The notes below the pieces were generated by a model. That model ran no database searches, was not told where the DNA came from, and worked only from the letters and a program-made list of their open reading frames with translations. Positions 36,524 through 49,600 of a DNA stretch of 64,000 bases are shown piece by piece. Positions within the stretch are counted from its first letter, which is position 1. Each line of letters starts with the position of its first letter. This stretch comes from Antedon mediterranea (Eukaryota > Animalia > Echinodermata): positions 4,340,001 through 4,404,000 of the forward strand of contig NC_092673.1 in assembly GCF_964355755.1 (NCBI RefSeq), in the 5' to 3' direction. The translations under genes and the position numbers were made by a program.

Positions 36524-37614
36524 TCTGGCTGTTTACTTTGTCGTTTTGATTTAGCTTTTCGCTTTTTATTTTTGTATCTCCATTGAGATCCAGCCACTGA
36601 TACCCACAGCATTGTCATTTTTTTCAGTAATTTGCCTTTGGATTTATATATAATTTAAAGTATATAAAATATTCTGTGCATAAACAAATAGACTAATATT
36701 CTATACTTCTTTCTGCTCACAAAAGTGTATAATGCATGTTTTGATGAAAAACAAATGATTTTAATTAATAATGGAATCATTTTAAAATATGTGTAGTTTA
36801 AGATTAAGACGTGTATTTCAAAATGTAATGTATATAAGATATATATGATATTATTTACTAATGTTTCTAGTTTCTAGTTTTTAATAGAGTTGACGTTGAC
36901 ATTTTTAAATAAAAATATTATATTATAATAATACACAATTCATTCTGAAATATATATTTTCAGTTTAAAAAATAAATAAAATAGATACTAATTCAGAAAT
37001 GTTATAAATGATATGTGAGTTGCAATATTTTTCTTTGAAGTAACTGTACATTTTGACTAAAGTATAATAAATGTTTTGGCAAGTTTATACTTTTTTGACT
37101 GTTATTTATTGTACACAATGTATGTAAATGTGTTTGCTGCTTTGTGTTGTATAAAGATATATTATCTCCCTGAAAAAAAACAGTACTATATAAAATTATT
37201 CAAAAGCAGCAAGCTCATTGTTAGGAATAAATAATAAATTAAAAACATCACAAACTATCAACATATTTGTTTCCGAAATATTGTGAATCATGGAGTTATA
37301 CCTCCATGTGTGAATGTTACCAAAGAATATATCATATATATATATATGATATGATATATTCTTTGATGTTACTAAAAACCTCATTTTATTCAATATAAAT
37401 TAATACTTAGATGGCGTTCCATATTGAAAATTAGTTCTTCCGGTATTAAGGTCACAATTGCGAGACTGACAACGTCAACTTCCGGTTTTCAGCCATTTTG
37501 AGACCCGGTAGACCAAATAATACGAAGATAAATAAAAATCTTCAAACATCTTGAAATTGACTACAATTTTGTAGTATTTTATTTACATGAAGTATTTATA
37601 ATACACATAAGACC

Positions 37615-40600
37615 ATGCAAAACGCAATTTGGAAGATTCGGGAGATAAGTGACAAAGTGTAAGTTGAATTTGTTAGCCTGGGTTCTGAGAGGAGGAGTAG
37701 GAGGGGCCGATTATTATGTTTTCCTCTTGCAACAGAAAAACTACCTGTTGTCAACACAATTTCGGACCCGAATATATCCTACAGTCATGACAGTAGGTTT
37801 ACATTGAGTCAGTCGTAGATGTGTGTCTTCATTTCTTGTATAAATAAATAGGCCTAGGCTAGGCTAGTCCGAGACCGTTATGATTGTCAAAATGTCACTA
37901 CTGACTGTCGTGACGGGATCCCCTGTCCTGTGTGACATGCATGCAGTGCAAAATGTCTAATGTCATATAGGCCTACTTACTACTAAGGCTAGGTAGGCCT
38001 AGGTTACCCCAACACAGCAGGCATCTCTCTAGCGATAACCTCCTGTATGTAGGTAAATTCAAGCATTGGCCTAGCCTAAAAAAAGGAGGGGAGGCCTGTT
38101 TGCTACTACTAATACTGCAATATGATTGCCAACATCAGCATTTTAAAGGTTTATTACAGATCCGTGGTGTGAGAAGGAATTTGAGGAGAAAAGCAACCAA
38201 ACAATTCCATTATTGATCATTAACACAATTCTAATCGTGCCCTTTCCTTCCCATGCACTCCTAACCAACGCTATCTGCGATCAACCTTATTTTATATTTG
38301 ATTTTATTTATTGCACTTTAACTAACCTGTAATAATGAAATAATTAAATTTTTTTTACTTAGCACAAATGTGGTTATGAACTACAGTGAAGTGGAGGCTA
38401 AGGTGCGTGAAGCAACAAATGATGAACAATGGGGTCCACATGGATCTCTGATGGCAGAGATTGCGAAGGAAACATATACATACGAGCATTTTCCGGAGGT
38501 AATGGGCATGCTATGGAAACGGATGCTTCAAGATAACAAAAAGAATTGGAGACGTGTTTATAAGGTAAGACAGACTCATACAATCCTGTATCCGCTCTCA
38601 CTTGCAATCGCAAACTCAACCGGAATCTTTATTACATTATTAAATGCATACATTTTAAAGTTTAAGTCATACTCAAGAACAGAAGAAGTATGTTGGTGTA
38701 TCTTAGATCTTGTGTGTATGGACCCAGTCCAGTAACAAAAGCCAAGACAAATACCTACATTTTAAGATTATTTTATAGGCATTTATGATTTGTATTGTAA
38801 ACCATTTCAATGTTTTACATTTTTTTTAAATTAAACAAATTCAGTTACTAAATTCATAAAAAAAAAATATGTAAAGTATGTACTTGTGGATTTATTCTTA
38901 ATCCTACAGTAGTTATTTTAAACCCCTCAATCTGGTAGTTTGAATTTATATTATTCTTTTGTACGAAGTAAATACTTAAATTGTTTACAGTTGAAAATAA
39001 TATAAACTAGATATTAGATCTAGCTAATTACTATTTATTAAGTTAATTGATGTATTGTTATCTTATCTTCTATTATCTTATCTTTTAACTGTCTATTTTA
39101 CTGTACATTATTGCCACTTATTGAGTGATATTCCTGCTAAATCATACAATTTCTTTGCTTTATTTCCTTATCAAACTTTGAAAGTATTTGCAGAGGTTAT
39201 ACTGTGACCTTGTATGGTTTATAGCATAATAAATATTGAGGAATTTACTATGTAATATTTTTAACTAAACTGTAATGGAATAGGTGACATTTGAATATAA
39301 GCTGAATGCTGTTGCTAAGCAATTGCAAACATACTACAAATAATGTTTGGCAAGCATGTTCATTAGAGATTCTTTACAAATCCTTAATAAGAACGTAGCA
39401 ATTGATTCAATTACAAACGTAGTCTACGGTACGGGAAAATATTATTTACCAGAAATTGACATCCATTGTTAAATGATTTTAGTTTATCCTAATTTTAATA
39501 CTATTTTTCATTTTGCCTAATAAATCCTCAGTCCATCATTTTTAAGGAGCACCTGTACGATCGCGCTCCTTATTGACCTCTAAGAATAGCAATTAATCGC
39601 GCTCTTTAAATCGGCAATCAGTGTCGGCAAAAAGAGGGATTCCCCTGCTTGCTTTCAAGAATCCCGAATTTACTTTCATTACCTCACTGTGTATCCAATG
39701 CACAGTGTCACAGAAACGCCTCCTCTAGACCAACCTCTTTTTTTGAAGAAAAAAATGCTCTCCTCGGACACACAAGGAAAGCAGTTTAGTGCTCTCCTGC
39801 CTTTGAAACCTATAGTAAAAATAATCATAATGGCTCTTATCTTAATCTCATGATTTTATTTTTTTTCCAATATTGTTTGTTTTATGTTGTTTTTGCTTAC
39901 CTACTAATATGTATATTCTGAATATTTAATGGTTTTAAAAACAGAAACATTTTTATGATCTGCTATACTGTCTGTTTGTCTTTGACAGTCATTGCTGCTT
40001 TTATCTTACCTAATATTAAATGGTTCCGAGAGAGTTGTAACATCTGCCAGGGAACATTTATATGATCTACGGAGCCTTGAGACATACACATTTACAGATG
40101 AGCTAGGCAAAGACCAAGGTTTAAATGGTACAGTAATTATTAATGTATTTAATGTATATAATTTGAGAATATTTCACATAATATTCACAATATGTCTTGA
40201 AAATATCCATTTGGAAGAAATCATAACCAGAATCAAAATGTTAGATAATTATTAATAGTATTCCTTGACTCTACAAACTGAGGTGTTATATGCATAAAAA
40301 TATTTAATTGCCAAAATACATAATATATAACAGAGAATAAAAGTGGAAAGAACCCACACAAGACAAAAAAAGACTGAGGTGTTTTGTTCCATGAGATTTA
40401 CTGTGGAAATATGAAAATTGTGTTAGCTAATAATATACAGTACATTCATTACTTTACAGGCTGTCAATTTGTATTACTATCAAATTCAAGTTCAACTCTC
40501 CTCAGAGGGAGACTTTACTCTGTATATAGGCCGGCGGCCTTAATAAAACATAAACATTGCCTAGTGTGCCAAATAAAATGTTCACTTCTTGAAAGCACAT

Positions 40601-43600
40601 ACAATAAAATTTGCTAGTAACTCGTATTTGGTTTTCTAGAAAAGTAGAACATATCATTGTACAACCTAATATACTAATTAATGCTTACTATTTGTTCACT
40701 CAACAGTTCGACAAAAAGTAAAAGATTTAGTTGATTTTATCCAAGATGATGAGCGTTTAAGAGCAGACCGAAAGAAGTCGAGGAAGGCAAAAGATAAATA
40801 TGTAGGAGTAGCGTCAATGTCATCATCATCATCAAGAGGCTCGGGTTACAGTAAGTTTGAACTGTTTTTAGATTTTTAATTTTTTTTTTAACAGACTATG
40901 TAGAACCACAGACAAAAACAATAGAGTTAAAACGGAATGGAGTTGTAAATTGTCATTAGAACAAAGCCTGACATGCTGTAACAGGACTTGAACCCAGGAC
41001 CTTGAATTTGTAGCCGAGCATCATAACCTCTTCTCCACAACTCCACTGCGTGTGCTTACAGTTTTGTAAACTCTTGTTTTTGTTTAGGTTTCGCACCTAA
41101 ATAAATTAACATATACCACAATATCAACTACTATGTATGACTAAAGCTCTGTCCACACTTTCAAACTGGTTTGGCAAAAAAAATCACATTTTTTGTCCCA
41201 TGTGTATTTTGCTTATATAAAATAATATATTATTAAGAATTAATCCCAGCTAGTGTTGTGAATTAATCGCCCCACTGACTAATGTGATTTAGTCCAGGTC
41301 AGGTCACATGAATATGCTAATTAGCCTGAATTATTATTGATTACCATTGATTTTATCACAGAGTTGAATTGGGCAATAAAATTGATTAATTAAATAATTG
41401 TGTATAGATAATAAATTAGTATGGACTTATTAGTTGTGGGAGTTATGGTAATTCCACAGGTGGTAGAGTCCCATGCAGCGTTTTTCTGATAATTTATGCC
41501 ACATATCAGATCTACTTTATATTCAGACCACATCTAGTCGATTTGTTCCAGATTTGTAGTCATTAATATAACCAGTGGAAATGTTTTACGCTATTAACAT
41601 ACGGGATATATAGAAATATGGATGAGATAGTTGAGTATGCTAGGGTTGGTTGGAATTGGTGTAAGGAAACCTTTGCTATCAGGGTTCCGTGGCGGACTAT
41701 ATTCCAGTATGAAGCAGTACCTAGTTCTCAGTACGAGGCCACGTTCCTTATGGACGGTAAATGATGATATATTTTAGCTTAACACATGTTTGTATGTAAC
41801 ATGTGTATTTTGTTGTTGTTAATTCGGTTTTATGGAGTATGATACCATTTATTAAATGAATGAATTTTATTTTTGCATTGAGAGAGAAATGAGTGAAATA
41901 CTATTAAATGATTTAAAACGTTCAAAGCAATATCAATATTTTTATTCTGCTTTCAGGTGACCGATACGACAGCGAACCTAAAGCAAATCGCAGTTCATTT
42001 AAAGATTTTGATGCACAATTAGAAAGACAACGGAAGAAAGAATCTCGTTTTAGATCATTCCACGACGGCGGCGAGTCGCCTGATGAATCACCTGTAGAGT
42101 ATCCAAGGTATAATTTATTTTGATAAAATATTTGATGTAACTAATAGTTCGTTATAAGGGTATAACCTGTACGCGAGTTAATATCACTAAAGCTCTGTCT
42201 ACACTTTCAAACTTTATGTGACAAAAAAGTGTAATGTGCCCAAATATGGTAGTGATATGCTTAAATATGGTAGTGATATGTTTAAATATGGTAGTGATAT
42301 GACATCATCATCTTTTGTTGTCACATAAAGTTTGAGTGTAGAAAGAGCTTAACAGAGATATGGCATAGAAACACACAGAAGTATAGTGCTAAGAATTACA
42401 TAGCAGTATGTCCTTATGATCATCTACCCATGGAAATAATTGTGATTGCTTGCACCTTACTTGCAGTACGTCCTTTTGTTGTGTCCAAGTGTGAACCAGG
42501 CTTTAACATACTCCATTGATGGTAACAGTCTACTACTTTGTTATATGAATGAATCCCTATTATCTAAGATATGAAACAAATAATTAACACATATCATATT
42601 TTACAATATCATATTTTTTTCTTTTCAGTGAAGGAGAAGAATACGAATATGCTGAAGATGAAGAGCAAACCACTAGAAATGAATTTCACGAAGAAGATGA
42701 TGATTATAAAAAGACAAAAACAACGACGTCATCAACAGTAAAATCTACAAAGTCGAAATCTAAACCTAGTAAACAAATTGATCTGGGTGCTGCTGCAAAT
42801 TTTGGTGGACATAAAAAACAAGTAAATAACCTAAACAAAATTATTTTTTATTTACATTGCTTAAGCTCTGTCTACACCATCAAACTTTATGTGGCAAAAA
42901 AATGTGATGTGCTCATATATGGACACGATGACATCATATCACAAGTTGGACACATTAAACTTGTTTTGTCAAGTTAGTTTGATAGTGTGTGATGTTACAG
43001 TAAGTTATACCCACTTAAAACACCCACAATTTGGGCTCATAGTCACAGATTGGTTTACACTGAAATGTAATAATGCATGTATGTATTTTATTTTTCAGGA
43101 TAGCCAAACAATTAGTATAGGATCTGATTTAATTGATTCACCTAAAGATGTAGATTTATTTGCCGATTTCACGTCGGCAACGTCAACGACACCAGTAGCG
43201 GCTAATAATGGTCTTGATGACTTCAATCCAAGAGGCAATGAGCAGCCAGCAGCCACAACCACTACTCAGCAGCAAGACTTCAATGGCGATTTCGGTGACT
43301 TCACTTCATTCCAGAACTCTTCTCCAGCTAAAAGTGCTCCTCAAGGGTAAATGAAATTGTATTGAGTTGATAGTTATGCACATCAATGCCAATGTCTATA
43401 AAACATTTTATTATTTTTGAATGTTTTATATGACAAGCAAGACAATTTTCGAGCCAGAGTGCTTGGCGGAATGAAATAATTGAATTGAATTGAAAACAAC
43501 CAAGGTATAATAGGGAATCCGGTTATGCTTGTAAAGCTAAATTTCACACATACTATCTATAAATAAAAAGACAAATTACTGGAAGAAATGCCTGGATCTC

Positions 43601-46600
43601 AATGGCGATACAAATAACATAAGCTAAAGGCTAAAACAAAACCAGAAAAGTACAAAACAGAACAAAATTGCATAGCTTTTAAGTAACTCTAACCCCTTCT
43701 CAATGCAAGTCACACAGTCAATGCAATGCAGTTGCACAGTCTATCTATTTTTACAACTAATGCTGATACAATTGGAACTAACCATTGTGTATTGTTTGAA
43801 ACATTAAAGATGTTACAATGAATTTGAATTTTTCAATTATTAATTAAAAAATGTGTATGTTCTGTTGAACAGGGAAATTGATTTATTTGGTACTTTGGAG
43901 AATACATCATTAGGTGCAGATTTACATTCAGAGATGAACTTGATACAACCAAAACCACTTAGTAATCAACCACTCATGATGTCTTCAACAACTCCTGTTC
44001 AACAAAATGTCATGCAGCCACAGAATTCACTAATGCAGGCAGCACCAGTACCACAACAAATGCAGACACAAATGATGTCACTTCAAAGTGGCCCGATGCA
44101 GCCTGGTATGGTACAGTCGCAGGCAAGCTCAATTCAGCCGCAGCCTAGCACGATGCAGCCACAAACTATGCCGATGCAACCTAACCTTATGTCTCCTCAA
44201 CCAATGTTACAGGTAAGGTCCTCCTATAGTTGATATATATTAATTGAATGGGCTATATTTGTATGATAAAGTTGTAGTATGCAATGGATGCATGTAATTC
44301 AATGCAAGAGTAATAGATACTGCAAAGCTGATTTTCCACTAACCGAATTTGTTCACACGAATCGAAAGCTTATACGCATCCGTATTCATATTTCAATCTT
44401 CCAAATCCCCCTCTGCGCATACGCATAAGCTGAACAGATTCGCCCAGTGGAAAATCGGCTTATGGGTCATCAAATACAAGACTTCTTCTAATCTTTAGTT
44501 TATCCTTTCTACTGACTCTTTGTAAACCTAATTCTTTTTAAAACTTTATCATCTCTTTATTCCTGCCTGACAGTATTCCTTATCAATGAATCCATCTCAA
44601 TATTCTCAAGTGGTATGTAGTGTTTTTAGATCTTTACTTTCTCTTCATTTTAATTCTTTTTGTACTTCTTACATAAATGAAAGATCCTACTTTATCTAAA
44701 ATAAGCTGCTGATAAAGCTTGTTTTGGTGTTTGTAATGTTAAACATTTATGTTAAATACATGCTGCCATAAGTACCCTTAAATGGGAAGGTGCCTATCTG
44801 TTGCATCAATCCCCAATTGTACTGTATCTGCTTGAGTATAAATATCATTTACCAATATTAACTACTGGGAAAAAACTATTTATATTTCCATTTCTTTTAT
44901 AATCATTTCTGTTTACACTCGACTTAATTTATACAGTACATTCTATTGACGCTGGACTTAATTTGTACATTCCATTCACACTCTACTTGGTTTATACATT
45001 CCATTCACACTCATCTTAATTTATACATTCAGTTCACACTCAACTTGATTTATACATTCAGTTCACACTCAACTTAATTTATACATTCTGTTCACACTCA
45101 ACTTGATATATACTTTCTTTTTACACTCAACTTTATACATTCCATTCACACTTAACTTGATTTATACATTTAGTTCACACTCAACCTAATTTATACATTC
45201 CATTCACACTCAACTTGATTTATACATTCAGTTCACACTCAACCTAATTTATACATTCTGTTCACACTCATCTTAATTTATACATTCAGTTCACACTCAA
45301 CTTTATACATTCTGTTCACATTCAACTTTATACATTCTGTTCACACTCAATTTGATTTATAAATAGTTCTTTTTCTTCAAGTTGGAATATCAATTCATTG
45401 TTGTACCACAGTTGCATTGTTCATGATTATACGATACATGATTTGTAATATTTCTTTACTAGCCGACAGCTGATGACCTATCGATAGTTAGTACCATCTT
45501 GGATAGCGGTACTGTGTTAACCACTAACACTGTAGGTTATACATGTTTCTGTGTAGCATGCTTAAATTTAATTTTGGATTGAACTTATTTGTGTTTATAT
45601 CTTTAACTGTGTTTGAACTTGGATGATATAATAATAGAATTAATCATTTTGACAGATGATTAAACTTTAGTAGGTTCTCTACTCAACTGCTTTTGTCAAG
45701 GCAATTGAATACATGTTAAAGTGGAGCTACACTCAGACTTTCTCAGCTTATATTATGTTTAAGTATGTTTAATTGAAAGTGATTACATAAAAAAAACAGG
45801 GAAAATACGGAAATATTTTCCAAAAACTCATTTATAAAAAATCGGTCAGAAAATAGTGTTTTTTAACAAATTACAGTTTTTCAGTAACTTAGGGGTTATT
45901 AGTTTACAATACGTCGCGAAACGCGTTACACTTAGCGACTGACGCGTTTTAGTCGCTGGTCAACGCATTGTGGAAATGTCTCCCCTTTGGTAAATTATGT
46001 GTCGAAAAATGGGGAATAAATTTTATACACACAATTAATACGATTTGTTTAGGCCTAACTAATATTTCCGATAAGAATGTCAGTATAATTTACATGTAAC
46101 CTCATGATTTTCACTGTACAACAACAGCATAATAATCTTATCAGATTGCTTTTAACTTTAAGCTAGGGCTAGGCCTAGCTAAGCCGTCTGCTCAGCCTAG
46201 CTAGCCTTGAATTTTTGTCTAGAGGCCTATGTATTCATAGACATGGTCGTTTCGCCCCATTTATCGTTCCTGGGTTTTCTCGCACATTAAGAATTGTGGA
46301 ACACAAAATCCTATACAGAACAAGAGTAGTAAAGAATAGTAAAGCGATGTGCAAGCTTAGACCTGACTGAAAAGCAACTATTCAGGCACCCTATCATGGC
46401 CCATGGGTAGGCCAAGGTCGGGTGACAGCAAAACAAACTTCACTGCTGTCAGCCTAGCCTAACTAGAGGCCAAGCCACTGAGCAGCATCGGTACATACCT
46501 ACACTCTAGTAGTAGGCCTAGGCCTAGCTTTATTGAATATATAGCCACATCTTTCTCAAATCTCGTTAAATTTGACATTTTAGTAATAGTCTCATAATCA

Positions 46601-49600
46601 CATTATTACACTGAAACATAATAGGGTCACATTCAGAATGTTTTAATATACTTTTCGCCCGTCAAAAATAACATCGCGACAAAATAACAGATCGCCAGCT
46701 GCAGTAGTGTGATTGTGAAAAATGTCACGTGATCGTACTCCCTAGCAAAATGAAAAACCCAATTGGACCCGAACGGGGGAAAGTGTCTATTTACGCAAAA
46801 TTGCGCAATGTATACGTGATAAAAATACCAGAAATTGAAAGATCTGGAAAAATTACATAAATATACATTTTACATTTTTTTTTTGGTGAAGAAATGAATT
46901 TTTTAGGATTATTCAAATATACCCCCCTTTTGCATGTAAAAGAATAGGAAATTACAAGGTATCCCCCCAAAACGCAAAAAGGCGTGATTTTCAAGAAAAT
47001 CGTACTCATTGAAAAAAATTTCAAAAAAATATGAAGTATAAGGAATGATATTTTTAAATAATAGTTGAAATGTATGAAAAATAGTAATTTTCTGGGTGGA
47101 GCTCCACTTTAAACATATTTTGTGTGACAATGATGTAATATCTAAAAATACTTTAGACTGTTTTTCTCTGAAATGAAAAATTATTTTTTAGTGATTAGTT
47201 GCATGATTTTTTTTATTCTTTTGAAAAAAATTCTTTTGGTACTTTAGTTTAAAATTCTTCCATTTGTTGTTTTATTTATTTAAATCAATTATAAAAAATA
47301 AATGAATGACAAATATATTAATATTTTTTATCAATAGCAATCTCCGCTAATGTCTGCATCTTCTATGCATATGACATCATCAACTCAACCAATGGTAGGT
47401 TAATGAATAATGTAGTGTATTGAAGATAATCAAATGTACTTATCCCTATAGTAATTAACAAAAAATGTCATTTCATTTATTTTGTCTCGCATATAAGAAA
47501 AAAAAAATAACAATAGAGAGAGACAGGATTCCCAAAAGCGAACTAAATCAAGTGAGTCTCCAAAGCAAAACATAATCATCCAACAATAAAATACAAAATT
47601 ACAACATTTAAAACAATGATTAAAAAAAATTATCAACATTTTAAATATATCAACTACATTTGATTTTAAATTTGGCTTTGGTTCTCATTACATTTCTTAT
47701 TGTTAAATTATTCATGTATATATCATGTGATATATACATGTTTAAATGAATTAATATTAAATGAATTACTTTGAAACGTAAATGAATCTTTGTAAATTCT
47801 TATAGGTAATTAATGCAGGAACAACTGACAGTATAATATCATCTCCAAATATCACAATGATGGTATGTTTTGGTGTAATGTACAGTAACCCGCTGCTTTT
47901 AAAATGTCTTTAAAGTTATTGTGTAATTTATTATGTAGCAAATTTGTGTTTTAATGTGTGTGTACAGTTTTATTTAGATTTGATAGTCTAACATTGCACA
48001 ATCTCCAAGTCAAGTGTATTATTTCTTTACTGACCAAATTAAACTTTATTTAAAATCAGGGATAATTTCGCCAGTGTAGCATATCAATACAAAACAACCT
48101 TATTGCTACATATTTCTAAAAATGTGTAGCAAAAAATATAATATAAAACTATAATTCTTGACTAAAAAAATCAGTAAATTTTTAAGTTGAAATTTTTCCT
48201 GAAATTCGAAAATTCATTAAAAAAAACTAGAATTGGAGGATATATAAAGGAAACTATTTTCATGTTTATTTTTTGAAAAAGTTTGTTTCACTCTGTGTAA
48301 TTATTTGTAGCATAAATTTTGTTTTTGTTTACTGATGTAGTTTATAATTGTTGTCGATATCAAAATATTTGTTTTTATTCATTTCTTTAGCCTTCAACAT
48401 CCCATATAACCCCTCCTCCCCATATGCTTCCCACTTCCTATTATCTCCCTGATTCCAGTTATTCAATGGCATACTTGGTATGTGTAATTTACTCTATTTG
48501 TTTTACTGCATGACGTTTTTAAACCTTTTTATAGTAAATATTTTTTGGGGTTTTGTTTGCATCATTGGAATACTGTACAGTAAATCTTACATTCAAACAT
48601 ATAGTACTTTACTTTTTAATTTGTTCATCTTGTCTACTAATATCAACTTCATATTTTCTCATTGTTTAAAATGCACTGAAAACATTATAGGATTACATTC
48701 TTAAACTCAATATCTTTGGGTGCAACTATTTTTTGCACAGTTGTTTTTCTTTCCTAGATTGAGAACATAATCATCACTGATTAATTTCTAAAGGGAGCCC
48801 TCTATTTTTATCTTTACATTTTTTCTGTCTTGCACACATATCTTTTTATGCATTTTTTGTACAATTGTTATAAGTTTTCACACTTTTTTCTTACACAATT
48901 ACTATACACTTGTATATTGTATTTTGTACCATTTTTCATTATAATACTAACTACATTTTTTAATTGCATTTTGAGATAAACAAATATGTTGTTAATTGTG
49001 GACAGTTTACTTATGTACAATTAAACATTATAATTAAAATAGACACAATAAAATTACATGGTACTAAAATGAAAGAGCAATGTTTGAAACGGGTAAACCC
49101 GTAATAAGTTTTTATTTTTTTATATTTTTTTATTTTATTCAATCGAAACCAACAGCGATAATTACCGCCACTAACAGGTTTGATACAAACGAAGCCAGGA
49201 CGGTTTAAAGCACCTTGATTGCTCCTGACATTGATCAGGGCTTCTCTCGTCCAGTGCCCACCTTGACTAGAGGTCTGAGGCAGATACTAGATGCAGGGGC
49301 TGCCATAAGAGTCAGCAGTGCTGATTTCAAATGCCTAACGGGACCCCAGCTCCGTATATAGCACCCGCTATTCCCAGATGGTCTCCCATCCAAGCTCTAA
49401 CCAGGCCCAACGTTGCTTAACTTTGGTGATCTGACGAGAACCGGTGTTTCAACGTGGTAAAGCCATATTAAAGTTAAACTGGGGATATCAACAAAAATCT
49501 AATTATAGTAAAAATAAATTTTTTTTTACATTTTTTTGCAGCCTTCATCTAATATCATTCCTGGTAATAACCCCACATTAATGGTACGTTACCATCTGGT

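Noticed and set aside
42080-45490. Other CTGATGA occurrences (~42081, ~45470) as hammerheads or C/D snoRNAs
   Set aside because: No helix II followed by GAAA and no terminal stem with a D box; both lie in coding or candidate exons.
49358-49466. Functional 5S rRNA gene
   Set aside because: Diverged termini, no oligo-T terminator, fused to a SINE body.
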